64,000 nt of DNA from an uncultured Planctomycetales bacterium (GCA_964545575.1 CAZJFL010000009.1:19574-83573); one strand, 5' to 3'. Counted from the stretch's first letter, positions 18,657-28,760 are shown. Program-made: numbers and translations. The notes: generated from the sequence alone by a model not told the origin.

Positions 18657-20046
18657 AATTAGCAATAGGCAAAGCAAAGGCAGGCAGGAAGAGTTGCGGG
18701 ATTTAGAAGCGAAATTCTGTTCCTGGGGGGATACCGTGCATTATGCCAAGAACCCCAAAATATTTTCCCGCGCCGAGGGGTGCTATCTTTATGACCGGGA
18801 GGGCGTTGCGTATTTAGACCTGCAGATGTGGTATTCGGCGGCCAATTTTGGCTATAAGAACAACAGGTTAAATCAGGCGCTGAAAGACCAGATCGATGAG
18901 CTTCCGCAGCTTGCCTGTCAGTACCTCCATGAAGAAAAGATTGCACTCGCCGCCAAGATCGCCCAGCGCATAGAATTGACTTTTGAGGAAAAAGGAAGGG
19001 TGCATTTTAATGTCGGCGGTTCCGCGGCGGTGGAAGATTCCTTAAAATTAGTCCGCAACCATACGGGCAAGAACCTGGTCTTTGCCTTTATGGGCGGTTA
19101 TCACGGAAGGACCTTGGGCGCCTCCGCCATTACCTCCAGTTACCGCTACAGGGAAAAGTTCGGGCATTTTTCAGACCGGGCGCATTTTATTCCCTACCCC
19201 TATTGTTTCCGCTGCCCTTACGGAAAAAGAAAAGAATCCTGCGAATTGTATTGCCTGAAACAATTCGAGCGCCTTTTTGAGAGCGAGTATTATTCGGTAT
19301 TAAACACCAAGACCAACAAATGCGAATTCGGGGCTTTCTATATAGAGGCGGTGCAGGGGACAGGCGGCTACATCATCCCTCCGCGCGAATATTTTTCCAA
19401 ATTAAAAGAGATACTGGATAGATATAATATACTCCTGGTGGATGATGAAGTTCAGATGGGATTTTTCCGGACCGGAAAGTTCTGGGCGATAGAACACTTT
19501 GATGTGGTGCCCGATATTATCGTATTCGGTAAAGCCCTTACCAACGGCCTTAACCCGCTTTCGGGGATCTGGGCTAAAGAGAATCTTATTTCTCCCGAAG
19601 CATTCCCTGCCGGATCTACCCATTCCACATTTTCTGCTAATCCTCTGGGCACAGCCGTAGGTCTGGAAACGATGAAACTGATAGAAGAATCAAAGTTCGC
19701 CGCAGAAATACCCGAGAAGGGAGAGTATCTGGTATCCAGATTTAAAAATCTGCAGAAGAAATACCGCCAGATAGGGGATGTCGACGGGTTGGGCCTGGCC
19801 TTAAGGATAGAAATCTGTTATGAAGACGGCTTTACCCCCAATAAAGAACTGACCGACGCCATAACCGATATCGGCCTTGAGGGAAAACTTTCTTATCAAG
19901 GCAAAAAGATGGGATTAGTCTTGGATGTCGGCGGCTACTATAAAAACGTCTTTACCATTGCGCCCTCATTCTATATTTCAAAGGAAGAAATGGATCTTGC
20001 CGTTGAACTCTTCGAAAAGGCTTTGCAGCTTGCGCTTAAAATTTAA
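18634..20046 (+). CDS. class III aminotransferase
   Basis: FMGGYHGRT, EAVQGTGG, DEVQMGFFRTG, VFGKALTNG. Confidence 0.9.
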   Translation: MVRKEKVKISNRQSKGRQEELRDLEAKFCSWGDTVHYAKNPKIFSRAEGCYLYDREGVAYLDLQMWYSAANFGYKNNRLNQALKDQIDELPQLACQYLHEEKIALAAKIAQRIELTFEEKGRVHFNVGGSAAVEDSLKLVRNHTGKNLVFAFMGGYHGRTLGASAITSSYRYREKFGHFSDRAHFIPYPYCFRCPYGKRKESCELYCLKQFERLFESEYYSVLNTKTNKCEFGAFYIEAVQGTGGYIIPPREYFSKLKEILDRYNILLVDDEVQMGFFRTGKFWAIEHFDVVPDIIVFGKALTNGLNPLSGIWAKENLISPEAFPAGSTHSTFSANPLGTAVGLETMKLIEESKFAAEIPEKGEYLVSRFKNLQKKYRQIGDVDGLGLALRIEICYEDGFTPNKELTDAITDIGLEGKLSYQGKKMGLVLDVGGYYKNVFTIAPSFYISKEEMDLAVELFEKALQLALKI

Positions 20047-20128
20047 TCCCCGTAGTCATTAAAAGTCCGGCAGTAAAACCCCGATAAAACTTTATATTTA
20101 GTATTTTTGTGTTATAATATTTCCCCAT

Positions 20129-20974
20129 ATGGAAAATAACCATAAGGAAAACGGTATTTTTTTAAAAGGTAACGATAAAGCAGTCCTGCTGATTCACGGC
20201 ATCACCGGCACCCCGGCGGAAATGAACTATATCGCTCGGGCTATCCATAAGGCAGGTTATACGGTCATCTGCAATACCCTTCCGCATCACTGCAGCAGCC
20301 TTAGTGAGTTAAAAAAGGTCACCTGGCAGGAGATTCTCCAGTTCTGTAAAGACGACTTAGAGAAGCTTAAAAAACAGTATTCCCGGGTATTTGTGGGAGG
20401 GCTTTCCATGGGCGCCTTAATCAGTATGCACCTTGCCTATAAGTTGCCGCAGGAAGTCCGAGGTATCATCGCCCTTTCCCCGACTCTCTTTTATGACGGA
20501 TGGGCGATACATAAAGGGCAGGCGCTGATGCCCCTGGTTTGGCACATTCCTTTTTTAAGGAAGGCAATTAATATCCGGGAAAGCTCTCCCTACGGGCTGA
20601 AGGATGAATTTTTAAGAGAAAATATCCGTAAGTTCTACAGCAGGGCAAAAGTAAATGATGCCAGCGGAAAAACCGTTATGTTTGGCAGCCCGTTTTTCCC
20701 ACTCGCCTGCCTTTACCAGCACAGCCTGTTTGTAAAAATAATAAAGAAGGAACTAAGCTGTATTAAATCCCCTGTTATCATCTTGCACGCCCGCCAGGAT
20801 GATATGACCAGCCTCCGTAATGCCCAGTATATTTTTGAGCACATCGGCTCAGAAGATAAAGGCTTAGTCGTCTTGGAAGATAGCTACCACATGATTATTA
20901 TCGATAAAGAAAAGGAAAAGGTAGCGCAGGAAGTGGTTAAGTTTCTGGACAGGCTTTCAAATTCAAGAACTTAA
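20129..20974 (+). CDS. alpha/beta hydrolase (carboxylesterase-like)
   Basis: LLIHGITG, GLSMG nucleophile elbow, Asp in QDD, His in SYH. Confidence 0.88.
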   Translation: MENNHKENGIFLKGNDKAVLLIHGITGTPAEMNYIARAIHKAGYTVICNTLPHHCSSLSELKKVTWQEILQFCKDDLEKLKKQYSRVFVGGLSMGALISMHLAYKLPQEVRGIIALSPTLFYDGWAIHKGQALMPLVWHIPFLRKAINIRESSPYGLKDEFLRENIRKFYSRAKVNDASGKTVMFGSPFFPLACLYQHSLFVKIIKKELSCIKSPVIILHARQDDMTSLRNAQYIFEHIGSEDKGLVVLEDSYHMIIIDKEKEKVAQEVVKFLDRLSNSRT

Positions 20975-21346
20975 AGCCACCAGCGTTATTCCTATCACAA
21001 TAAGGACCGTGCCCAGCCAGCGTAAAATTCCCACCCTTTCTTTCAAAATAATACGCGAAGCAAAGGCAATAAATATATAATGCATGCTATCCACCGAAAA
21101 AGCAAAGTTCAATTCGGCTTTTGAAAGCACAAACAGCCAGACTGCCAGAGAGACTATGCAGAATAAGAAACCCGCCCAGACACGCGGGATGACTACTAGC
21201 CTGATAATAGAGGATATTATTTTCTTAATGCCTCTGGTGCTAAACCCTACGGAATTGATCGAGGATTTAAGCATCAGTTGGCTTATCGTATCGAATAAAC
21301 TGGTAACTACAATCAGGGATATAAGGAAGAGGCCTCCTTGTTTCAT
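20963..21346 (-). CDS. EamA/SMR (ArnE/F-like) small membrane transporter
   Basis: Four TMs, VLSKAELNFA, LKERV...RW.G. Confidence 0.8.
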   Translation of the reverse strand: MKQGGLFLISLIVVTSLFDTISQLMLKSSINSVGFSTRGIKKIISSIIRLVVIPRVWAGFLFCIVSLAVWLFVLSKAELNFAFSVDSMHYIFIAFASRIILKERVGILRWLGTVLIVIGITLVALSS

Positions 21347-21759
21347 GAATGCGCATCCCTCTTTTCCCGGCTGCTAAAGGAAACGGATATTACCCCCAGG
21401 ATTATAAAAAATATACCGCCCCACCTTAACCAGGTGACCTTTTCTTTTAAGAATACTATAGAGACCAGCGGCACAAGGATGTAACTAAAACTTGCTATGG
21501 GAACGGCAATGCTTAAGTCAATTTTGGAAAGAACGCTTGACCAGATAATAAATAATATGAATACCGCCACAAAGGCTGACCAGAGAAACAGGGAAAAAAA
21601 GTTTAGCTTAAAGAATAGCGCGAGGGTAGAGAAAGACTTTATTTCTATGCCACTTCCTGACAGCGCGCTCTTTTTAAAGCAGAACTGCGCGACGGTCTCC
21701 AGGATATCCGTAGATATCAGCAAGAGGAGAATTTTTGGGGTCAGTTTATTTTTAGACAT
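21343..21759 (-). CDS. EamA/SMR (ArnE/F-like) small membrane transporter
   Basis: VLSKIDLSIAVP, FLKEKV..LRW.G; start revised to 21759. Confidence 0.8.
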   Translation of the reverse strand: MSKNKLTPKILLLLISTDILETVAQFCFKKSALSGSGIEIKSFSTLALFFKLNFFSLFLWSAFVAVFILFIIWSSVLSKIDLSIAVPIASFSYILVPLVSIVFLKEKVTWLRWGGIFFIILGVISVSFSSREKRDAHS

Positions 21760-21882
21760 TTTGGCTTGATTGGTAAAGTATTCTATCATAAAATAAGCCG
21801 CAAGAGTAAGAAAAAATGAGCGCATCGCTAGCGTAAAAACCGTTGCTGCCGGTTAGGTCTTATGGTAAAATAAACCTTTACG

Positions 21883-22287
21883 ATGACTATTCTTAAGAAG
21901 ATACCTTCCAGCTTAGAGCTAGTCCACGGATTTATTTCCCGTTTTATGAAAGAAATAAGGATCCTTTCCTTGGGGCATAATGATATTTTTGATATAAAAT
22001 TGTCTCTGGAGGAAGCCCTGGTTAATGCCATAAAGCACGGCAATAAAATGGATCCCGGGGCGTTGGTAGAATTCCGGGCCGATATTGAAGACGGCAAACT
22101 GACCATGGAAGTGACAAACGCAGGCCCCGGTTTTGATTACCAGAGCATTCCCGACCCCACGGCGCTGGATAAATTGCAAAGGACTTCCGGCCGGGGGATA
22201 TTTTTGATTAAAAAGCTGATGGATAGGGTGGAGTTTTCTGATTGCGGGCGCACCATAAAAATGATAAAATTTATACATAAGGTTTAA
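21883..22287 (+). CDS. RsbW/SpoIIAB-type anti-sigma factor / Ser kinase
   Basis: EALVNAIKHGN, G.GFD, SGRGIFLIKKLMD. Confidence 0.92.
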   Translation: MTILKKIPSSLELVHGFISRFMKEIRILSLGHNDIFDIKLSLEEALVNAIKHGNKMDPGALVEFRADIEDGKLTMEVTNAGPGFDYQSIPDPTALDKLQRTSGRGIFLIKKLMDRVEFSDCGRTIKMIKFIHKV

Positions 22288-22414
22288 CACCCAATCTTAT
22301 AGGATAGATTGGTGTGCACTTACTGTGTAACACCCAAACATATAGGATTGTTTGGTATACACTAACTGTGTTAACGCCCGAACATATATGATTGTTCGGC
22401 GTACGCTTACTGCG
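22285..22414 (+). repeat. three tandem copies of element A (43-44 nt, double hairpin)
   Basis: Units start at 22285, 22328 and 22372; stems covary, loop TATA(G/T)GAT. Confidence 0.9.
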
Positions 22415-22427
22415 TAAGGAGCTAAAA

Positions 22428-22760
22428 ATGAAGATAGCCCAAGAGAAACACAATGATGTAGTCGTCTGCATATTAGACGGCGAGATCGATATCAATACTT
22501 CTCCTGAATTAAGAAAGGCCTGCGAGGTGCTCAGCAAAAATAACGAGAAGAAGGTGCTCATGGATTTATCCGGAGTTACCTATATCGATAGCTCAGGGCT
22601 GGCTACGCTTATTGAGATGTTCCAGCGCCTTAAAAAGATAGGCGGGCGCCTGCGTTTAAGCAATTTAAACGAAAAAGTCAGGAATGTTTTTGAGATCACC
22701 AAGCTTTACAAATTATTCGAGATTTTCGATACGCGCGACAGCGCATTAAGGGAATTTTAA
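22428..22760 (+). CDS. STAS anti-anti-sigma factor (RsbV/SpoIIAA-like, or MlaB-like)
   Basis: GEID, DLSGVTYIDSSGLATL; start revised to 22428 after SD AAGGAG. Confidence 0.92.
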   Translation: MKIAQEKHNDVVVCILDGEIDINTSPELRKACEVLSKNNEKKVLMDLSGVTYIDSSGLATLIEMFQRLKKIGGRLRLSNLNEKVRNVFEITKLYKLFEIFDTRDSALREF

Positions 22761-23548
22761 TGATCTGGCGCTTAGGAAAACTAGTCATTGATACCGTAAA
22801 GGGTATCGTTGGGGTATTTGGCCTTTTTTTTAATATCCTCTACTGGATATTTATCGGGCCGTTCAAAGGAAAATTCTCCCGGCGCCAGAGCATTTTCCAT
22901 CAGATGGTTTTTGTGGGCCTAAGTTCTATGCTGATAGTCTTTTTCGTCTCGATATTTACCGGCGTAGTGCTGGCAATGCAGTCTGCTTATCAGCTGGAAA
23001 AGATGGGGGCGGTTTTGTATGTCGCATCGCTAGTAGCGATTTCATTATGCCGCGAATTAAGCCCGGTGCTGACTGCGCTGGTAGTCGCCGGAAGGGTGGG
23101 TTCGGCATTCGCCGCGGAGTTAGGCACGATGAAAGTGAGCGAACAGATAGAAGCGCTGGATACCATGGCCATAAATCCGGTGCGTTTTCTGGCCGTGCCG
23201 AGGTTCCTGGCCTTATTTTTCATGCTGCCCTGCCTTACGGCGCTGGCAGACCTTTCGGGTATTTTAGGCGGGTATCTGGTGGGGACGAACAGCCTGGAAA
23301 TTAACCCGGATTTATACATGCAGACTACTTTTAAATACCTGGAATTGAAGGATATCAATACCGGGCTGCTAAAGGCTTTTGTCTTTGCTATCATCATCGC
23401 CCTGATCGGTTGTTACGAGGGCTTAAATACCAAAGGCGGCGCCGAAGGCGTAGGCAAGGCAACTACTAAAAGCGTCGTCACAAGCTTCATCCTGATAATC
23501 CTGGCTGACTGCGTCCTGACAGCCATATTTTATTTCTCCAAAGTATAA
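22760..23548 (+). CDS. mlaE: MlaE-family ABC permease
   Basis: RELSPVLTAL..AGR.GS..AAELGTMK..EQIEAL, GAEGVG.ATT..VV. Confidence 0.93.
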   Translation: MIWRLGKLVIDTVKGIVGVFGLFFNILYWIFIGPFKGKFSRRQSIFHQMVFVGLSSMLIVFFVSIFTGVVLAMQSAYQLEKMGAVLYVASLVAISLCRELSPVLTALVVAGRVGSAFAAELGTMKVSEQIEALDTMAINPVRFLAVPRFLALFFMLPCLTALADLSGILGGYLVGTNSLEINPDLYMQTTFKYLELKDINTGLLKAFVFAIIIALIGCYEGLNTKGGAEGVGKATTKSVVTSFILIILADCVLTAIFYFSKV

Positions 23549-24351
23549 TGCAAAACGAAAAAGAAGTGGTAATTTCGCTAAAGAACGTCTCCAAGTCTTT
23601 TCAGGGGAAAAAAATCATTAACAACGTCAGCTTTGATATTTTAAGGGGGGAAACCTTTGTGATTATGGGCTGCTCCGGTTCGGGCAAGAGCACCTTGCTT
23701 AGATTAATGAACGGCGCAATCAAACCGGATGAAGGCAGCATTTTTATCAAGGGTAAAGACATCACCCAGATATCTTCAGAAGGGCTGGATGAGGTTAAAA
23801 TTAGCTTCGGGATGCTTTTTCAGTATTCGGCTTTATTGGATTCTTTAAGCGTCGAGGAAAATGTAGCCCTGCCCTTAAGGGAACATACGAAATTGGCCGA
23901 GGATATCATCGGCATAATTATCAAGATGAAGCTTTCTCTGGTAGGCCTGCGCGGGTTCGAGAAACATTATCCTGCGCAGATCTCCGGAGGCATGCGTAAG
24001 CGCGTCGGCCTTGCCCGCGCCATCGCCCTTGACCCGGATATTGTCTTTTATGACGAGCCTACTTCCGGGCTTGACCCCGTAGTCGGAGGGGTAATCGATA
24101 AATTGATCAAAGATTTAAGCTCGAAGCTCTTGATTACTTCCGTAGTGGTCACCCACGATATGCAGAGCGTCTTTAATATTGCCGATAAGGTGGCCATGGT
24201 GCATAAGGGGGAACTGGTGGAGGTGGATACTCCCGAGAGGATCAAGGCCTCCCCCAATCCCTACATTCAGCAGTTTATTCACGGCAGCCCCGTTGGCCCG
24301 ATAGATTTCTTTAAGGAAGATATAGGAATAATAGAAGCGTTAGGTTTATAG
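23548..24351 (+). CDS. mlaF: MlaF-family ABC ATPase
   Basis: GCSGSGKS, ISGGMRKRVGLARA, YDEPTSGLDP, VTHD. Confidence 0.93.
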   Translation: MQNEKEVVISLKNVSKSFQGKKIINNVSFDILRGETFVIMGCSGSGKSTLLRLMNGAIKPDEGSIFIKGKDITQISSEGLDEVKISFGMLFQYSALLDSLSVEENVALPLREHTKLAEDIIGIIIKMKLSLVGLRGFEKHYPAQISGGMRKRVGLARAIALDPDIVFYDEPTSGLDPVVGGVIDKLIKDLSSKLLITSVVVTHDMQSVFNIADKVAMVHKGELVEVDTPERIKASPNPYIQQFIHGSPVGPIDFFKEDIGIIEALGL

Positions 24352-24363
24352 CGAGGTGAGAAA

Positions 24364-25005
24364 ATGAAAAAATACGGCAATGAGTTTAAGGTCGGCTTAT
24401 TTGTTATTCTCTGCGTGTGCATATTTTTTTATCTTATTTATAGCACCGGTAAGCTTAATATCAAAAAGGAGGGTTATTATATTTATGTCGTCTTCGATGA
24501 TATCGCCGGTTTAAGCAAAAAAGCGCCGGTGATGTTAAACGGCATAGAAATAGGCAAAGTTGACAGCATGAAATTTGCCTACGATAATGAGCAGACCAAG
24601 ATTATGCTTAAGCTGTGGCTCGGTATAGATGCCAAGGTCAGGGATAATCCCGTAGTTTCGATTAAGACTTTGGGGCTGATGGGGGAAAAATACATCCAGA
24701 TAGCTTCTGTCCAGGGAGGCGGGTTTATCGCCCCTGAAACAATCCTCGCCGGCAAGTCCTACAAGGATTTAGATACCCTGACAGACCAGGCTGAGATTAT
24801 CACTAAAAACGTAGACAGCCTGGTCCTGGAGTTGAAAAAACTGGCCGCAAACCTTAACTATACCGTAGACGGCAATAAAGATAAGATTTCCCAGACTATT
24901 GCCAATTTAGAGGCAGCCTCCAAGAACTTCGAGGAGTTTAGCGACGATATTAAGCGGCACCCCTGGAAGCTACTTTTTAAAGGCAAAGAGGCTAAAACTA
25001 AATAA
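24364..25005 (+). CDS. mlaD: MlaD/MCE-domain protein
   Basis: E.KVGLFV TM, F.DI.GL...APV...G..IG.V, GLMGEKYI, helical tail ending PWKLLF. Confidence 0.9.
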   Translation: MKKYGNEFKVGLFVILCVCIFFYLIYSTGKLNIKKEGYYIYVVFDDIAGLSKKAPVMLNGIEIGKVDSMKFAYDNEQTKIMLKLWLGIDAKVRDNPVVSIKTLGLMGEKYIQIASVQGGGFIAPETILAGKSYKDLDTLTDQAEIITKNVDSLVLELKKLAANLNYTVDGNKDKISQTIANLEAASKNFEEFSDDIKRHPWKLLFKGKEAKTK

Positions 25006-25018
25006 AGGGAGGGTAAAG

Positions 25019-25786
25019 ATGAAAAGGGCTTTTAATTTTTTAGTTTTTACGGCAGTAGTATTATTATTTTCCTCTTCTGTTTTTGCCCAGAGCGTAAAGA
25101 TCGTTGATTTAAAAGGCAAGGTCTTGGTTAAAAAAGAGCCTTCCGCTGATTGGCAGAAGGCTAAGGTCAATATGCTTCTTGAGAGCAGCGCAGAAATTAA
25201 GACGGATAAAAAAGCTATCTGCACCCTGGCGTTCGACGAAGAATTAAAAAATATCATGACCATAAAAGAAAATTCACAGGTAAAATTAGAGAGTATTGTT
25301 CCGGCGCAGGTCTTTCTTCCCGAAGGAAGGGTGTTTTCTTTGATTGAGAATTTATCGGCGATCGAAAAATTTGAAGTCCGCACCCCCACTGCCATCGCCG
25401 GCGCCCGCGGTACGGGTTTTTCAGTGGAAAGCCTGAACGGCCAAACATTAGCCTCATGCTATAAAGACTTTGTTTATGTTATGGGCTTGGATAAACAGGG
25501 TAATACCGGAGAGGCTAAGGAATTAGCGGAAAAGTTCGGTATTACTATAAACCCGGATGGTTCCTGGGATGGCCCTTTTGGCTTAAGCCCGGAGGCGATG
25601 AAAGAATGGCAGGATTTTATAGGTTATTTGGAAAGTTTAAGAGGCGATGGGCAGGATGAAGGAGATTCTTTGCAGGGCTTGCAGGATGAGAGTAAAGAAT
25701 CCCTCGGGGACAGCCTCTATCAGAATCGTCGGGCAGAAGAAGAGGGCAGGGAGCCGCCGGGAGATGGAACAGGAGACGGGCTTTGA
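25019..25786 (+). CDS. exported FecR-domain protein with acidic tail
   Basis: Signal peptide, FEVRTPTAIAGARGTGF motif. Confidence 0.85.
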   Translation: MKRAFNFLVFTAVVLLFSSSVFAQSVKIVDLKGKVLVKKEPSADWQKAKVNMLLESSAEIKTDKKAICTLAFDEELKNIMTIKENSQVKLESIVPAQVFLPEGRVFSLIENLSAIEKFEVRTPTAIAGARGTGFSVESLNGQTLASCYKDFVYVMGLDKQGNTGEAKELAEKFGITINPDGSWDGPFGLSPEAMKEWQDFIGYLESLRGDGQDEGDSLQGLQDESKESLGDSLYQNRRAEEEGREPPGDGTGDGL

Positions 25787-25829
25787 TAACCGCCCGGTTA
25801 ATTTTATTGTAACGAAAAGGGGGAGCACG

Positions 25830-26837
25830 ATGAAGCATCTACTATTTTCAAGAAGTACGATAATTTTCGCAGCCTGTTTTTTGATTACCGGCAGCGCATT
25901 CGCTCAAGCCCAAGTTAGGGAAGAAAAAGAGGAGCGCCGCCTGCAACAGGTTCCGCTGGAGAAGAAATTCCTTCCGCCGGGATTAACCGCCAAAGCTTCG
26001 GTATTTGCCGGATATGACAGCAACGTAAACTTAAGCCCCTTAAAAAAAGGCGATATTTTTGAGGAGTTTTTATTTAATTTAGGTTACGGTAAACGGCTGC
26101 TGAATAAGCTGCGTTTCAGTTTTAACTATGATTTAGACGTATTGAACTATAACGAAATCACCAGCGCCTCGACTATCTTAAACCACCTGCGCTTCGGGCT
26201 GCACGATAAAATATCGATTTTTAAGGTCGGCGCAGGGTATGATTTGGCGATAGTCTATTTCAGGAATAACGACGATGATTTCTTTTTCCACAAAGGGTTC
26301 GCCTATATCGGCCAGGACCTCACCAGAAAAATCTACCACCAAGTACAGTTTGAATACGGGCTCAAAGCTTACACCGATCAAAAAGCGCTTGCCGGCGCTA
26401 TCGCCACTTATCAGGATAAGGATCGAGTTGACAGAAGATACAGCGGTATTTATAGCCTCGACTTTGCCTTGACCCCTAAGCTTAGTATGGGGTTTTTAAC
26501 CAGGTTTTCCGCTAATGAATCTAATACTATGTATCAGAGATTCTACGATTTCAAGTCCTATCAGGGTTCTCCATACTTAAGTTATTCTTTTACCAAAAAG
26601 CTGCAGGGATTGGTAAATTTTTCCTATACCCGCAAGAACTACGATAAGCGCCGGGTGACACTGGGGACGGATAAAGAAAAGGATAACTTTTACGTGGCCA
26701 GGACCGGTATCAGGTACGCTTTGAACAAAAATAATTCCCTAGCCTTGTCTTATACCTACCGCGATAACTCTTCCAATGATGACCTGGAAGAATATATGGA
26801 GAACGTATTCAGCGCAAGCTGGCAGTATAAGTTTTAG
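25830..26837 (+). CDS. outer-membrane beta-barrel protein
   Basis: Signal peptide, GYDSNV, amphipathic aromatic strands, C-terminal WQYKF; start revised to 25830. Confidence 0.8.
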   Translation: MKHLLFSRSTIIFAACFLITGSAFAQAQVREEKEERRLQQVPLEKKFLPPGLTAKASVFAGYDSNVNLSPLKKGDIFEEFLFNLGYGKRLLNKLRFSFNYDLDVLNYNEITSASTILNHLRFGLHDKISIFKVGAGYDLAIVYFRNNDDDFFFHKGFAYIGQDLTRKIYHQVQFEYGLKAYTDQKALAGAIATYQDKDRVDRRYSGIYSLDFALTPKLSMGFLTRFSANESNTMYQRFYDFKSYQGSPYLSYSFTKKLQGLVNFSYTRKNYDKRRVTLGTDKEKDNFYVARTGIRYALNKNNSLALSYTYRDNSSNDDLEEYMENVFSASWQYKF

Positions 26838-26849
26838 CGGGTGGGTTAG

Positions 26850-28760
26850 TTGAAAAAAAATACTTTAGGCCTCTGGATATTTTCCTGCCTCATTTTTTCC
26901 ATTCTTACCTTTTCTTATCTTAGGGTATTTAATAATTTCGAGTTGGCAACTTACGATTTAAGGTTCAAGATCAGGCCGCCGTTATCGGTGTCTTCCGATA
27001 TAGTCCTTATCGAAATATCCGATGACACTTTAAAAAACTTAGGCAAATGGCCGCTGCCGCGCGATTTTCACGCCAGTTTAATCCGGGTCTTAAGCGAATA
27101 CCAAGCACGGGAAATAGTCTTTGATATCCTCTTTAGCGAGCCCACCCTTTACGACGAAATATTTTCTCAGGCTGTCCGGGATGCCGCAAATGTTTATTTT
27201 CCTTTGGCGTTTTATCTTAACCCCCGGCTGAATAATAAATATCTTTCCGCTTCAAGCGATAAGATCCTCGGCGGTTTATGCCCGAGCCTCCAAACATACG
27301 CCGCAGGCAGTGGCCAGATCAATACCTTCGTAGATAACGACGGGAAAATCAGAAGGATACCCTTATGCATCCGCTATAACAATTCCCTATTCCCCAACTT
27401 AGGCCTTCTGGCCGCCTGCAAATCGTTGGGGCTTAACCCCGGCAAGTTAGAGTTTAAAAAAAGCAAGGTCATCATTGACCGAAGGCTCTCTCTGCCGGTC
27501 GGCCCCAATGCCTCTTTCCTGGTTAATTATCCGGATAAATGGCAGAAGTCGTTTTTACACCTTTCTTATTTTGAGGTGCTTAAGTCATACAGCGATATGA
27601 AAAAGGGCCTCAGGCCAAAAATAGATTTATCCCTGCTTAAAGATAAGGTCTGTTTCGTAGGGCTCACCGCCACCGGAACCTCTGATTTAAGGGCGACGCC
27701 TTTAGAGAATATCTATCCGATGCTGGGCTTACAGGCAAGCGTTTTTAATAGCGTAATTCAGCGCAAGTTTATCACAGATGCTGGCCCCCTTGCCAATACC
27801 GCGATCAATATCTTTATTTTCCTGCTTAGCTTTATCATCTGTATCCGCTTCAGGCCGTTAGTATCTTTTTTACTGAGTTTAACTGCGGCAATACTTTATT
27901 TTTCAGGCGCCACAGCCTTATTTATATCCAGCGGCTTATGGATAGATTTATATTTGCCTCTCTTGATTATTTTTCTCGCCTACGTCGGTTCCCTGCTTTA
28001 CAGGTTTCTGGACGAATTAAGGAAGAGGGAGCTTATAGAGAAAGAACTGGATATTGCCCGCACCATACAGAACAGTTTCTTGCCGCAGGAACTGGAGGAA
28101 TTCGCCGGCATCCGGATTCATGCCTTTATGCAGCCGGCCAAGTTCGTAGCCGGGGATTTATACGATATCGTGGCTATGGATGATAAGCGGCTGGGTGTTC
28201 TTATCGGAGACGTTTCGGGAAAAGGGGTACCGGCTGCGCTGATTATGGCCCAGACCATATCCCTATTTAGGGTTTTTTCCCGGCAATACCCGGATTGTTC
28301 TGAGGTCCTGAAGAGGATAAATAAGGAGCTCTGCGGTAAATTTGCCGGGAGGTTTGTCACCGCGCTGTATATGCTGATAGATACACAGAAGCATAGCGTG
28401 CGGGTTTCCTCGGCAGGGCAGGCGCCGCTATTGCATTTTATCGGGGGCCAGGGAAAGATCCGGGAAGTAGATTTACCTCAGGACCTGCCTTTAGGCATTA
28501 TGGAGGGGGCAGAGTATCTTGAGGCGATATTTAACATAGAAGAACTAGATAAACTCATTGTTTTTACCGACGGGGTGCAGGAGGCGCGTAATAAAGGCGG
28601 AGAAGAGTTCGGGATAGATAAGATCAAAAAGATAATTCTGGATAATCCCCGCCTTAAACCGGATGAATTGGCCGCGGTTATCAGAGAGAGCATCTTACGG
28701 TTTTCCCGCTCCTGCCCGCAGCACGACGATATTACCCTGATTATATTGGGAGGGTCTTAA
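26850..28760 (+). CDS. CHASE2 sensor + PP2C/SpoIIE (RsbU-like) phosphatase
   Basis: YDLRF, LGKWPLPR, FDILFSEP, D.DG.IRR; TMs; VAGDLYD, DVSGKGVPAAL, FTDGV.EA, DDIT. Confidence 0.92.
   Translation: MKKNTLGLWIFSCLIFSILTFSYLRVFNNFELATYDLRFKIRPPLSVSSDIVLIEISDDTLKNLGKWPLPRDFHASLIRVLSEYQAREIVFDILFSEPTLYDEIFSQAVRDAANVYFPLAFYLNPRLNNKYLSASSDKILGGLCPSLQTYAAGSGQINTFVDNDGKIRRIPLCIRYNNSLFPNLGLLAACKSLGLNPGKLEFKKSKVIIDRRLSLPVGPNASFLVNYPDKWQKSFLHLSYFEVLKSYSDMKKGLRPKIDLSLLKDKVCFVGLTATGTSDLRATPLENIYPMLGLQASVFNSVIQRKFITDAGPLANTAINIFIFLLSFIICIRFRPLVSFLLSLTAAILYFSGATALFISSGLWIDLYLPLLIIFLAYVGSLLYRFLDELRKRELIEKELDIARTIQNSFLPQELEEFAGIRIHAFMQPAKFVAGDLYDIVAMDDKRLGVLIGDVSGKGVPAALIMAQTISLFRVFSRQYPDCSEVLKRINKELCGKFAGRFVTALYMLIDTQKHSVRVSSAGQAPLLHFIGGQGKIREVDLPQDLPLGIMEGAEYLEAIFNIEELDKLIVFTDGVQEARNKGGEEFGIDKIKKIILDNPRLKPDELAAVIRESILRFSRSCPQHDDITLIILGGS

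Noticed and set aside
22285-22414. Tandem ~43-nt units as a CRISPR array
   Set aside because: No unique spacers, units vary by covariation, copies are dispersed in both orientations, and no cas genes are present.
22392-22427. Shared N-terminal peptide MFGVRLLRKE on the STAS and GdhA (31796) ORFs
   Set aside because: Artefact of ORF extension into element A; the real starts follow the SD at 22428 and 31832.
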